From: Podarcis vaucheri
Lineage: Eukaryota
NCBI GenBank assembly: GCA_965113315.1
Contig: OZ220365.1
DNA length: 64,000 nucleotides
Direction: 5' to 3' (one strand)
The notes below the pieces were generated by a model. It was not told where the DNA came from, made no database searches, and saw nothing but the letters and a program-made list of their open reading frames with translations. The translations under genes were made by a program, and so were the position numbers. Shown here piece by piece: positions 1 to 12,504 of this stretch (its first letter is position 1; each line of letters opens with the position of its first letter).

Positions 1-315
1 TACTACGTTGATTCTTTCCCCTTGGTAAGTAATTTGGACTCCCAGAATCCTCCCTTCTTCGTCTTTACAGATTAATTTGGGTTCCAGTTTCTCTTTCACG
101 TAAATTACCAAGCCTCTCTTTTTATTCACCTCAGAGTTTATAAATTCCACTCCTAATTTTTTATTAACCAATATATGCTTGTGTTTTTTAGCTATGTGTG
201 TCTCCTGGCAGCAAACCACATCACATTTTTTATTTCTCAAGACTTTCTCTATTTTATTTCTTTTTGATTTTTCGTTTAAACCGTTTACATTCCATGTTAG
301 AAAGGTTAAAGACAT
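1..315 (-). CDS. L1 ORF2p N-terminus (APE-like endonuclease), partial
   Basis: ATG at 315. Translates MSLTFLTWNVNGLNEKSKRNKI...DVVCCQETH...RGLVIYVK...DEEGRIL...INVV with no stop before the edge. WNVNGL, QETH and D-x-EGR are L1 endonuclease motifs. Absent from the ORF track. Confidence 0.92.
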   Translation of the reverse strand, partial: MSLTFLTWNVNGLNEKSKRNKIEKVLRNKKCDVVCCQETHIAKKHKHILVNKKLGVEFINSEVNKKRGLVIYVKEKLEPKLICKDEEGRILGVQITYQGERINVV

Positions 316-349
316 TGCTAAAATTAAGTATCAAGTCTATTACGAACTT

Positions 350-1441
350 TCAATTCCTAACTTCCTCCTCTTCTTCTGTATTCTCCTCTTCCACCTCACC
401 TTCCTCCTCTTCCCTCCCCTCGTCTACCTCTCCCTCCCCCCTTCTCAACCTTGTCCTTTCCTCCTCTTCTGCTTTCCCGTCTCCTACTTCCTTTCTATCT
501 ATTGCTCTGTCCTCCTTTTTGCCCAGCTCCCTTTCGTATCTCCTCAGAAACTTTTCTATCTCTAAAGGATTAGTCAATTTAAATCTTTTGTCCTTAAAAA
601 AAAAAGCAATTCCTTCGGGAAATTCCCATCTGAATGAAATGTTATTCCTTCTGAGGACACCTGTTATGTACCTATATCCCTCCCTTTTACGTAACAATCT
701 AACTGGGATCTCTTTAAGTACAATTATTGGTCTGCCACCTATTATTAATTTTTTGTGATAACTCGTTTTAAGTATCATATTCCTCATTCCTATTGAGTTG
801 AACACTACTAAGCAGTCCCCAAGGGGTTTCTTAGTCCTGTTCTGGTACGTTCTTATTTTAATTCTAAATGCGTTATCTATCGTGTATGCAACCTCCTCCT
901 CCTTCACCTCTAGCCACTTCGCTAGTTCCTTTGTTATTTTCTCTCTAACGTTCTCATTCATCTCCTCTTCTATACCTCTGAATTTTAGGTGCATTTGTCT
1001 TTGTCGCATTTCTGTCATTGCAATGCTATCCCATATCTGTTCCTGTGTTTTGTTCAGTTCTCGCATCTCCTCTTTCACTTTTTCTGTCTCCCTTTTTTGT
1101 TCTCTCACCTCTTTTTGAATTTTTTTGTTAGTTTCCTCGAATGTCTTGGTTTTGACCGTTAGCTCTTGAACTTTGTTTGAGAGCTCCCCTATTGCTCCTT
1201 CTATTCTCCTATCTATCCTCTCCTGTAGTTCCTCTAGTTTATTTTCTATATGGTTTTCATTTTGCTTAAGTTCCTCCTTAATTTTTAGCCACAAAAAGTC
1301 TAAATCTTTGATTTCTTCCTGTCTGGATATTTTCCTTTCACCTGGGGTGCCCCCTCCCCTTTTTCCATTCTTCCCCTGCATTTTAATTTTAACTGTCTGC
1401 TGTAATCTTTTAGGGCTAGTTCTCTCCCCTCGGGGGCGCAC
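350..1441 (-). CDS. L1 ORF1p (coiled coil, RRM, CTD)
   Basis: 363-aa open ORF with a heptad-rich N half, then LKFRGIEEEMNENVRE...AFRI...CLVVF...LRRNNISFRWEFPEGIAF, typical of L1 ORF1p, and an acidic tail. The true start may be the downstream ATG (MQGKNGK). Confidence 0.9.
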   Translation of the reverse strand: MRPRGERTSPKRLQQTVKIKMQGKNGKRGGGTPGERKISRQEEIKDLDFLWLKIKEELKQNENHIENKLEELQERIDRRIEGAIGELSNKVQELTVKTKTFEETNKKIQKEVREQKRETEKVKEEMRELNKTQEQIWDSIAMTEMRQRQMHLKFRGIEEEMNENVREKITKELAKWLEVKEEEVAYTIDNAFRIKIRTYQNRTKKPLGDCLVVFNSIGMRNMILKTSYHKKLIIGGRPIIVLKEIPVRLLRKREGYRYITGVLRRNNISFRWEFPEGIAFFFKDKRFKLTNPLEIEKFLRRYERELGKKEDRAIDRKEVGDGKAEEEERTRLRRGEGEVDEGREEEEGEVEEENTEEEEEVRN

Positions 1442-4400
1442 AATCTGCTTATTTCCGCTCTGTGGGCCCGTTCAGCCTTTCTGGGCAGTCTCACTGGCTA
1501 CGCCAAAAAAAACGTAGTCTTGGGGTGCCACTCTCCCTCAGTCCTCCTCCCCTTCTTGCCTGTCTAAGATATCAAATATATCCACCTTTGTAATTAAACC
1601 ACAGGTATTCTTGATTGAAGTAACCCTAAGGGGAGGTCGCAGTAGGCGTACTGTTCCAAAATCTCATCTAAATACAAGAAGCAGTTCAGATCCACAGATT
1701 GAGGTGATTGTCCTTATTGGTGATTCCGACTACGTTGAAAATCTCTCTCCGACTACGCTTGAGCTTTCCAGTCTCTCCAATGTCTCTCAGTCCAACAGGG
1801 GAGTCTCTATCGTGATTCACAATCCTATCCTTTTCTCTCTCTGTAATTGGTAGCTTAATGAAAGTAACTTAATAAAGTGTCCAATAACAAGATAGCACAG
1901 CATATAACAAAATAACAAATAACAGCGACCAAATATCCAAATATCGTGTGATAGTTAGTATGATTATTGGGCTATTCCAACGGTCAGTGAGTTCTTACTA
2001 TTAAAAGGAGTGGAGGGGAGGCGGGGTACTTGGCAATATAAAAATTACAGGCTGGGTAAGAGAGGCGGGGCGGAGAGTGAAACACTATCTATATATATAT
2101 ATAAAAAAAACAGTAAAGAAAAAACATAAATCAGGAAATATGGGGGAAGCAGGGAGAGAGGGGAGTATTCAATACAAAATAAACATTGCACAGTCCTCAG
2201 TATAAAACCGCCTAGTTCACACAGAAAAAATACTTCACCACATGAAGAACTAGGAACTGCTAAGTCCTTAAAATATCTGGCCTCAGAGATAGGTATCCGC
2301 AAAGACAGCTGTAATAGTTTCTTATCTGGACCTCCTCTATATTCCCCTCTTCTTCTTGTCTCTCCAAACTATTTCTTCAGTAGCGTTATTGCTGCGTATA
2401 TTTAATAAAGTACTGCAGGAGGCCCACGCAAAAAAAAAAAGAAAAAAAAATGGATAGTTGTCTCAAGTAAAAAGCCAAATAGTTATCTCAAAAATAAACC
2501 AGACGAGCAGCCAAATTGTTGTCCTCCCCAGAGTCAAAATGGGGGGAGTATCCAACTCAGGCAACTCAAATAAGCAGTTCTCAAACGTTCTAACTCGTTC
2601 TGTGTATAATAATAGTTTTTAATCCCATCTATATATAAAAGGTTCACTTCGTTTGTCCAGAAATATCTCTCCTCGTTTTGTGCGCATACAGTTCGGCTGT
2701 TATGAGTTAGCTTCCTTCCCAACCGCCGACGATTTCAAAGTCTGCGCCATTTTAACCCTCATTCGGGTGGAGACCGTACAAAAAAGAACTGTTGCAACCC
2801 GGACTCACCCACCTGAACTTCTATGTCTTTTTGTCGTTGTTTTAAGAGCCTCCACGGTGGGGATTCCGTTTTAAGCTTTTAGAGGTTCGTCGCTTTCTCG
2901 GTGAGAGCTGGGGGCATCGTAGCTCGGAGACGGAGTTCTCCCTGGTTGCGCTCGCGGCCCCTCCCCCTGTGCTCGCCGTGCAGGAGAACGCACAGAGGTG
3001 GCGCGCCGCTCCCACGCTGCCGGGATCCTTCCCCCAGGGGTACCCCCCCTGGGCTTCCGCTTTTTCTGGGGGGCGCAGTGCCCTTGCGACACCCCCTAAT
3101 CGCCGAGCTACACGAAGAGCTTTCCGCTTGGCTCTCCGCGCTCCCTCTCCGTCCGCGACCGGAACCGGAAGACCTAATTTTGTACAGGTTTTAAAGTGGC
3201 TGGAAGGTTTGCCCTCACACTACACATTCAATTTACTTATTTAGAGTAATATAAATGGCAAGATGATTAAATCCGCTGCCTCTCTCCTTTGTGAGGCCCG
3301 TTTAATTATGGCTCATCTGCTTTACAGCAACACTGCTGGGTAAAAATGGCATGTTCAGCAAGCTGTTTCTAGGCAAAGCTCATATTGGGTAAATTAGGGA
3401 ATTTCGGCAGCTTGATCTGATGATATATTGCCCTTCTTCCCTACCACCTGGGCTACCGCTGAGAATATTCATTAGTAACTTTTGGCTTATTAACAGTTAT
3501 CTGTAACATCAAACAAAGCTAATTACCAGTACAAGTCACCTCTGTTGAAAGCCTTTTCTCCACTGTGTTGTCATTTCTCTTCCCCTGCCTCCTCTGCATG
3601 TTTACTCAGAAGTAAGTACATTCAGGTAAATGTTCAGGTAACATTCAAGTAAATGTTCACAGGATTACAATCCATGTCATTTTAGGTGAGATCATGTGAT
3701 ACCAAATCATCCCATATATATATTTTTCCAATGTCTTCCGCCTCTCCTCCAAAACGTAGATGGTAAGCTTATCACAAAAGGGATCTATTTCTCCCTCTGC
3801 CTTCCAAATGTTACTCAGTCAAGCCCACTGACAGTACAATGGTGGTGCTCCATAAATAAAAATAAATAAAAGGAAAGCATGCATATGTAAAATGTGTGGG
3901 TTAACCATTATGAACAGAATGACTGTGAATTAAAAAATCATACATCTGTGATTCTCAGCTGGGATGATGCAGATGTCTATGTTTGCCGTTAATCTAATAT
4001 AACGGCCTTATTTCTAAACATTAAAAATCTGCCTGCTGCTAAGTATTTAGAAGATCATGCATTTCCATAGCTTGCCTTCTCTTCATGTCTGACAAATCTG
4101 CTCCTGTGTCTAGTAAGCTTCACACAGTTTGGCTGTAGACAAATGGAGCTTCGGAGTCTAATATCTTAGGCTGCACTGCACTGGATAAAACTTTGTAATG
4201 GCTTTGTAATGTGGCTTTGAATATTAACAAATTAGATAAATGTAATGTTCTCCCATTAAGCTATTCAGGAAAGTGATTATGCACTGAAACATTTGTCATA
4301 TTCACCAACAAGCCAGCAATCGGCAAACCTGACAATTCTAGCTTCCAATCTGAAGCTACAACGCCGTCATTTTAAAAATCGTGTTAATTATGTTGTCACT

Positions 4401-4489
4401 CTAAGCATCCGTGGACTTGGTTACTGTGAACCTGACGGCCAAATCCCGTGTTATAAAGAGGCAAATCTGAGTTTCTCATTGAATGTTAA

Positions 4490-4745
4490 TGGGAACATCT
4501 TGGGTCCAGGATATCTTCAGGACTGCCTGAGCCCCTTATATCCCAGTTCAGTCACCAAGATCATCTGGAGGAGTGCTGCTAGTTGTTCCGAATGCTACAA
4601 CTATCCTAGACGCCCAACTATCCTCAACTACAAGTCAGGCATTCAGCACTGCTGGTCCCATGCTGTTGAAGACTCTTTCAGCAGAGATATGGCAGGTATC
4701 TTTGTTTTCAACTTTCAGGTGCTTCTTTAAGACTTTTTCGTACAC
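4490..4745 (+). mobile_element. old L2-type LINE 3' fragment
   Basis: Pieces GPGYLQDCLSP and LLVVP...QAFSTAGPML..LSAEIWQ...FRCFFKTF match the L2 ORF2 C-terminus seen intact at ~48160-48400. Confidence 0.7.
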
Positions 4746-5099
4746 TGTCCTTATATTTTTTGATACAGCAGCACAGAAATACTTTTATGAAAATAAAGAA
4801 ATAGCTTTAGTATGTAAACTTGGCTAGTGTTTTGTACCGCTCCCCTAGGTAAGTGGCTTAATTCCATCAGTTTCACCATCCATGGCTACTGAACTCCCAA
4901 GGTCTCTTAGAAAGTAACCAAGAATCTTATTCCAGTTCCACATCTAAACTGGAGTTCTTTTGCCCCTGCTGCAAAAGGTAAGCAAGCTTTCATTCCAGGT
5001 GCCAAGGATCCTATCAACAACCCCATCCAGAGTGATCTGTGATGGTTGCAAGGAAAAAAATAGGTATAAAAAAGGAGAATTACCTGGATCCCAAGATTC

Positions 5100-6395
5100 A
5101 GGTTTGGGGTCATTTGGACCAAGGTTTGAGGCATTATTTGCCACTTTCATGGATGATAAGCCAAAGTCAAGTCTACTTGATGTAATTGGCCATTTGAGAG
5201 AGGAATGTGTCGAAAAGAGAGAAATCTCTCCAACCAAGACTGATGAACTCAATGGCTCACACTATATGTCTCACTCTAAGAGCAAAGCCAAGTCTCCATC
5301 CAAATGAGTTACTGGTTTCAGATGTAACAAAGAAGGACATATATCCAAATTTTGTGGAGCCCCTAAACCAGCAAAATCCACTTCAACTAAGCAGCCACAT
5401 CCCAAGGGACAAAGAAATCCAAAGAAAGGGAATAGGAACAAAGAAAGCAATTTTCTTTTGCAAGAGTAGAGTCTAGCTGTTAACAGTTGTGATACAAAAT
5501 CAAACAAATGATTAATAGACTCTGGATGTACACAGCATACAAGCAATAATAAAGAGTTCTTTGGAGGCAATGAGAATATTAACCATCAGTGGATGGAAGT
5601 ATTCAAATGCCAAATGGTGATATACCATAAAGATTTATGGTACATGTTCAGGAACCTTAAACTGACAACTTAGCAATCAACTGAAGGAAAATTATGTGGA
5701 TCAGATTCTTTATGTCCCAGAATTGAATAGCAACATGATCAGCACGCCCACCTTAGACAGAAAAGGTTTCTGTATATAATTCAGAAATGGCAAATGCAAA
5801 GTAACCAAAGAAGGTACCGTATTTTTCCTGTGTATAAGACTAGGTTTCCCCCCTAAAAAATAATGTCAGAAATTAGGGGGCATCTTATACACAGATACAT
5901 CTCTCCCCCGCCCATTTTCTTAAATCTGAGTCCCCAAAAATAGGGGATCTCTTATACATTGGGGCATCTTATAGACCTAAAAATATGGTAAATTGTATCC
6001 TGGAGCATGTTTGATTAATGGTGTCTATGAGACTAATCTTTCAGCAGAGACAGCAAATGTGACACAGGTGTACCAGAAGAGTGAAGCAGACCCAGAGCTC
6101 TGGCAAAGAAGGTTTGGTCACAGAGCCATCAGAGCCACCATGGAGCTGCAAGCAAGGAGCTTGAAACAGGGATGAAAGTAAACCAGACACAGCAATGTGT
6201 GTAAGTTGCATTACTGTGAAGAGTGTGAAACCACCTTTCCCTCCATGCACTGAAAAGAGAAGGACCGGGTGCTGTATTTAAACTAGAGTGATGTGTGTTG
6301 TACTCAATGTCCTTCCCTAGGGGAAAAAGTGCATACTATTATTTCTGGACCATTTCTGAAGGTACTGTGTTGCATACTTATCTTAAGGAAAAAGT
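5100..6395 (+). mobile_element. decayed Ty1/Copia gag-pol fragment
   Basis: In order: zinc knuckle (FRCNKEGHISKFC), protease (*LIDSGCTQH), ILYVPELNSNMIS..LDRKGF, pre-integrase ELWQRRFGH, CVSC, then the start of the integrase core. PR-then-IN order is diagnostic of Copia. Contains stops and frameshifts. Confidence 0.85.
5817..5988. mobile_element. Tc1/mariner (Tc2-like) MITE nested in the Copia fragment
   Basis: TIRs CCGTATTTTT / AAAAATATGG with TA on both sides. The Copia reading resumes after it. Confidence 0.85.
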
Positions 6396-7929
6396 GGATA
6401 TAAAAAGGAGAATTCCCTAAATGCCAAGATCCAGGTTTGGGGCAAGTACTCTTTGGTGAGAGAACCCCAGAAGATAATTAAAATCACAAAACATGGAGCA
6501 AAGTAAAGCAGAAATATAGATTGTCAGACCTTTAAAATATGCCCTCCCAAGTTCCCTCCAATCTTCTTTCCACTTCCCCTAACACAGAAAAAGGCACATA
6601 TTTGGTAAGTTAAACATGGTTTGCTTAGAAACTCTCCAAAGCTCAAATTCATGTGCATTCAGAAAATGTTACACAGGCAGTTACAGTGGTGAAGTTTCCT
6701 AAATTATTGGTCTAGGAACTCAAGTGAGGCTTGTTAGAGCCGTACGGTCTGAGCTTGCAGTAACCAGCTTAGACCTCTTTACATGCTGAGCTTTTCAGGT
6801 AGAAAGGAAAATAACAATAGGCCTAGTTCCTCCCAATGTGAGGTAAGCCTGGCTTACTCTATGGTCTTAATCCTTCCATGCATTAATTAGAATTAAGCAT
6901 GTTGGTCTAGTCTCAAGTGGGTTAATGGGTAGTTCTGGGAGCCATCTTGCCTCACTGCAATGTGTGGGCCTTTAAAATCCACACTCTCCATCCTGGCACA
7001 AGCATCCCATTACATTATGGCAGAACCAACAGTTTTGACAACTGTCATAAATTAAAGTAAAAACATTTGTTACTAAAAGCAAAATGACGCATTGGGGCTG
7101 GGTTTCTAATTCCAGATTTCTGTAAGCAAATCCCTACTGTGTACATAATAGCAGCCACATCCAATACGTCAAAAACAAAGAACACAAATGTGCCGTTTGT
7201 ATTTATAACAAATAATTTATGGCTACATGGATCATGAAATCTTAGTGAGAAACAGGTGCTTGAGCATCTGCAAAGCAGTGGGCAGGTGAATGCATCCTTA
7301 TGTGGTATGCCCAAAGCCATTTAGCAAAATGTAATAGAGTTGTTCAATCTCTCAAACATGAACAGAAAAACAATTCCAGGAAAAGAAAGCTTAAGAATGA
7401 TCAAACAGCATAGCTAAGTGTGTGCCTGCAAATGCATACATAAATGTTCAATGCAGTGTTAAACTTGAACCTAGAGATTTCATAGACAAAAAACACAGAA
7501 TCTGCTGTTTCCAGGGAGACACCAGGAAAAAGAGTTTCAATTTTTCCTCTGTTCTCTTACAACTTACAGGCATGAAAAAAGCATTTGTCAATGAACCACT
7601 TCACTGCCCTGTGCTTTGTTTAGTATAGACTAGAATACAGTAACAACTGTTTCCATCAATATTGCCTAAAACAGGTAGCAGCTTTCCTGGAATTTTGAAT
7701 TCTGTGTCAAAAGTACCGAGGCAACCCAAATTGAATTTGTACAAGCTGAACTGGTGAACACTTAAGTTTGCAGAACAAGAAGGCAAGATAGGATTCCTCC
7801 TGAAGTGTCCTACCACTGAACAGCTGGATTAGCACATACCAATTTCACTCTTATAAATCAGGGCTCAAAAAGGCAGGTGAAAACAGCTGTGAACTTCAAT
7901 CATTAAAAGTTTTTCACTAATAGGTCTAT

Positions 7930-8066
7930 CTAGTAATGTTTTTCTAGAAAAATAGGTGCTTGGACCCACCAGGAACTTCTCCCTTGTTCTCTTGTAATGG
8001 CAATGGTGCCTACTTGAGAGGTGCTGGAACTGAGTTCTGGTGAGTTCCAGCTGAAAAAAAGCTCTG
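7930..8066 (+). mobile_element. short non-autonomous DNA transposon (hAT-like), copy 1
   Basis: Shares AATGGCAATGGYGCCYACYTGAGAGGTGCTGGAACTGAGTTC...GAAAAAAGCYCTG with the copies at ~36981 and ~61955. Confidence 0.6.
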
Positions 8067-9494
8067 GGTCTATCTGCTTCTGCATGAACCTATCTGGCCT
8101 CAAGGGCCCTGGTCTGACTTCCTCCTCCATCTGAAGTTAAGGCAGATAGTGGCAAAAGGCAGGGCCCTTTCTGTAGTGGCACCCTGCTCTGGCTGTGTCA
8201 TAGTTCTGGGGCATTATGGGGATTTAAACATGACAGACGATAGCACAGAGGATATGAGAAGGTCATTCTCCATGTTTGAACTTTCAAAATGCCTGTGAGT
8301 AGGGCCCTGAAAGGGGGGGGGGCATTTTGCTACAATTCTACCCAGGACAAGTGGAGCACATTGAAGTCAACAGAGGTGATCTGTGGCAGCACTCCAGTAA
8401 AGCTGGCTCTCCATAATAATTGTCTAAATGCTACTTTTGTAAGCAATGGCACTCTTAAAAGAAAGAGACAAAGATGATGGCCTGATCACACACAGCTGGA
8501 AATATTCCCTTGTCAACCCCATATCTTATGCACACTATGAGCTGGATCCATGTGGACAATCACAGAGAAAAGAATGTGTGTTAAATTAACCTTGTAAAAT
8601 TCTGAACATTGTATTACTGCAAGAAAGCCGAATGCACATGTTTGCAAGCATTTGAAGGAATGTTGAATCACTCCAAAATAGGGCTAAATGTTTTATGGGT
8701 GGTAGGCAGTTTATTGAGTTTCTTACTGAATAGAAAACAGCTTTGCATTGGGCAAAACCAGTATCTAAAAGGGTAATGCATTCCATAAGGGTAATTTGAC
8801 ATGTTTCACTTCACAAATATTTAAAGCATTAAAAAAATACCCTTATATAAGATAATAAGATTTATTTATTTTTTTGCTAGTCTTTCCTCTCTCACGGGAT
8901 TATTCTGAAATTTAAATTCAATGGTTCCTCTATAAACAGTTTCCCTCCCATCTTACTTAAGAAACCAGACCCCGTCAGTCTGTCACTGCACTATTAAATC
9001 TATATTGTTAATTTAAACAAATCTTCTTTCAGTAGTCACTTTTGGAAACTATATTTAAAGATGAGGGCTAATACAGATGAATATATATCTCCTGTGATAG
9101 CAGTTTCCTTTGTGAGATGATCAGTGGTTTGAAATACTTACTTATCACAGAAAGAATTTGCGCAACTCCAGTCTGTGAGTCGAAAGATCTATTTTAAGCT
9201 GCCTGAGAATGAGACATAAAGCTAGGGACAGAGTAAGAATTGGCTCTAGGGACAAATGACTGCCCAGTGCTGCTCCAAGTCCCTTTGGCAGCATGGATGG
9301 AAGAGCTGACTGAAGACGTTTTGCTGCCTGATGTGAAACAGCAGATGCCTTATCCCTGCCACACATACACCTCCAAGTCAAGGTGCACACTATCCAAGGC
9401 TGGAATTTTGTTTTTGGTCACCTGAGGCAGAAAATTCCACAAACACCTTTTCCTGTGAACAAAGAAGGCCAAGGGCTTTCTGGCGGTTGCCTCA

Positions 9495-9622
9495 TTGTGA
9501 GATGTGAGGTTACAGGGAACCAGACAGAGGGCCTTCTAGGTAGTGGTGCCTGCCCTGTGGAACGCCCTCCCATCAGATGTCAAGGAAATAAGCAGCTATC
9601 TTATCTTTAAAAGACATCTGAA
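9495..9622 (+). mobile_element. L2-type LINE 3' fragment followed by (TTG)n(TTA)n
   Basis: AGGGCCTTCT..GTAGTGG...CCCTGTGGAACGCCCTCCC...TTTAAAAGACATCTGAA encodes the RAFS..AP.LWNALP motif. Confidence 0.7.
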
Positions 9623-9624
9623 TA

Positions 9625-9660
<36 letters not shown>

Positions 9661-10822
9661 ATTATTATTATTTTACTGCACTTTATTAAATACAGCCATC
9701 TGCTTTCTTTGTTTCTAGACTTCATGTACGGAGTTTATATGCCCATATTCTGTTTCAGCTACACCTCCATTCTAGAGCCTTCAGAAGAGGTTTTTTGGGG
9801 GTGTTCATTGGAGGGGAGTTTATGAATTCCATAACTTGTGGGAAAGCCGCACACAGCACTTTGGATCTCAGTCATTGTTTTAACTGAAGTGAACTCACTG
9901 AGCAGGCTCCTAGCTTCCTTTGTAGAACTGCCGTCATAGAGAGGAAAAGTTATTACCATAGAAAAATCATAGCAATGCAAGTATTAGTTACATGCATGCT
10001 AATTGCCATCACAACTGTCTATTTCAGTTCCTATAAAATCTATGGCTCGCCCCACAATCCATAAAGTACTGATTAAAATTAAATTGCCGTTCTAAACCAA
10101 GTGCTGTCAGCAAAAATAATAAAAATCAATGGGGCTGTGCTACAGAAAGTAAATTTAGGAGCAAAACCTTTTTTCTCTTTGGATCCCTTCACTTCAGTAA
10201 TTAACTGTGTGATTAAATCTATTTTACACTTTAAATGAGCATTATCTATTAACCTTGCATCCATAATGTTTGTCGTTATTCAGAATTCAAAACAATTACA
10301 CGGAATCAGTTTCTCTACATAATCTACAAGATTTAAATTTTTTATGGCAGCACCTGCCTCCTCTTACCTCTTTTTAGAGTGTAGTCAGAATGAAGTTAAT
10401 AACAACTGGGGTTGCCACTGAAATTCCACATAAATTCCACCATTCAGGGTGGTTTTTTGTGGGTGCGGGAAAGAGCTCCATCTTGAGTGAAACATCAGAA
10501 TAACTGGAAATACTTTCGCTAAGCCCAGTGAACTTTCTCATGAGGGTTCTATACATTTCTAAATTGGTGACAGTCTGAGAGCTACAAGCATGAAGATGAG
10601 TCTGTTTGTTTTTTTGGCAGTAAACAAGCCTTTGTTGCACATCCAGTGAATGGGTGAGAGGGCCAACTTGTGATCATGCCTCTTGTCCCTGCTCCAGATT
10701 GCCACATGTTTACAGAACATGCATGTTTATGCACCGTATGCACAAAGAGGGACCATGACTTCTTTTGGGTTCCTGATTATGTAGATGAAACCTGAGTGCA
10801 TATAACTGGTATGTATGTATAT

Positions 10823-11273
10823 GCTATGGTTTTCCCAGTAGTGATGTATGGAAGTGAGAGCTGGACCATAAAGAAGGCTGATTGCCAAAGAATTGATGCT
10901 TTTGAATTATGGTGCTGGAGGAGACTCTTGAGAGTCCCATGGACTGCAAGAAGATCATACCTCTCCATTCTGAAGGAAATCAGCTCTGAGTGCTCACTGG
11001 AAGGACAGATGCTGAAGCTAAGGCTCCAATACTTTGGCCACCTCATGAGAAGAGAAGACTCCCTGGAAAAGACCCTGATGTTGGGAAAGATTGGGGGCAC
11101 AAGGAGAAGGGGACGACAGAGGACGAGATGGTTGGACAGTGTTCTCAAAGCTACGAACATGAATTTGACCAAACTGCGGGAGGCAGTGGAAGACAGGAGT
11201 GCCTGGCGTGCTCTGGTCTATGGGGTCACAAAGAGTCGGACACGACTAAAGGACTAAACAACAACAACAACAA
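10823..11273 (+). mobile_element. Bov-B (RTE clade) LINE, 5'-truncated
   Basis: AMVFPVVMYGSESWTIKKA..RIDAFELWCWRRLLRVPWTARRS...QYFGHLMRR..SLEKTLMLGKI...GVTKSRTRL, followed by a (CAA)n tail. Confidence 0.96.
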
Positions 11274-11479
11274 ATATATATGTTATTAAGAAGGGGGAGG
11301 GGGATTCATACAATTCCCACCACACATTCTTGGCTGTGGAAGTTTGTCCTCTTTCCATCTCACAGGGTGGTTGCTGGCATGCCTCTATCTTGGGAGACAA
11401 TGGGCTTTCAACAGTAAAGTCAAGCCACTGGAGAATTATAATGCCTGCCGTGGCAATGAGACTGATAGAGGAGAGACAT

Positions 11480-11950
11480 GTTTTATTGAAGGTGGGGTAG
11501 ATGAAGGCATCCAGTTTTGCTGCCACAGGGGCACCATGATGTTTATTCTCTTGATACTCTTTCCAGTGGCCATCCTTCCTCTGGTCACTGCTGTGGATAC
11601 ACAACCTGACTCCAGGAACTGTGATCATCCGCAAGGGATTCCCATATGGCATCATTAATGTTGCCAGCCTTTGTGTCACATTTGCCATCTTTGTAACACA
11701 GAGTTGGTCTGCCAACAGGCCTAGTGCCTGAAGCCAGCACCCCTTGGAGCACATCCCTGGGAATCCTGCCATCTTCCATTCTATGTACATGACCAAGCCA
11801 GTGTAGACACTGCTGAGACAAAAGTGTGAACTTGCTGGGAATGTGGACTTGGGAGAGCACTTCTTTAAGACTCAGACCTGCCATGTGATGCCCCAAATCC
11901 TTCTGGCATAGCACATATGGAAGGCATTGAAGCACCCACACATTCTGCAT
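11480..11950 (-). mobile_element. older RTE-clade LINE 3' fragment
   Basis: EVLSQVHIPS..TLLSQQCLHWLGHVHRMEDGRIPRDVL.G.L..G.RPVGRP.L.YKD...WESLADDHSSW is the RTE ORF C-terminal signature. Confidence 0.88.
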
Positions 11951-12504
11951 GTGTGAGCAGGGGCCCTATGTGCATATAGAGTGATTGGGTCAGGATCCTG
12001 CCTCGGAGGAAGAGCTCTACATGCTTATGTCAGTGCATGCACAGCGTTTTCTCTCATGAATACACAGGATGTCATGACTGTTGGGTTTATCAATGGCAAG
12101 GCTAGTCCATGCATGCTCTCTTGTCCATTGGCATAGGTGGGAAGTTATCTGAAGAATGAATGAAAGGTACAATCAAGATTTCACTTAACACATACTGGGA
12201 GAAATTCAATGTCACACTGTTACAAGTGTTCCATCACTGCAAGCATTTCTGCTTGCCCAACAGTACAATCTCCCTTGAGCTCCCCCCATACATTATTCGC
12301 GTGGGGGGGGGGGTTCCTCCTCCACCCCCAAGTAATTTACAGGGTTTGAGGGGTGTGAAAGGAAACCAGAGGGAGGAAGCACTAGTTGAAACCAGGATCA
12401 GGATCACAGGCCTTGAAGGTATCATGCCAACTGACCCACCAATCCTATGACATTATGTTTTGTTTATGCCAAAGGGGAGGGACTTGATTAATGTTATCAA
12501 ATGT

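Larger units (their letters stand above)
1..3174 (-). mobile_element. LINE-1 5' portion (5'UTR + ORF1 + start of ORF2), continues past the left edge
   Basis: The minus strand starts GGTCTTCCGGTTCCGG at ~3174, with a CpG-rich 5'UTR (2880-3174), an open ORF1, a 34-bp spacer and an APE endonuclease ORF open to base 1. Confidence 0.93.

Noticed and set aside
179-1517. Several long + strand ORFs (e.g. 198..758, 186 aa)
   Set aside because: Ser/Leu/Phe-rich antisense shadows of the purine-rich L1 ORF1 and ORF2.
2871-3244. Antisense ORFs in the L1 5'UTR as an ORF0 analogue (also 27399..27692)
   Set aside because: GC-rich DNA yields stop-free frames by chance, the starts are non-ATG, and the two UTR peptides do not resemble each other.
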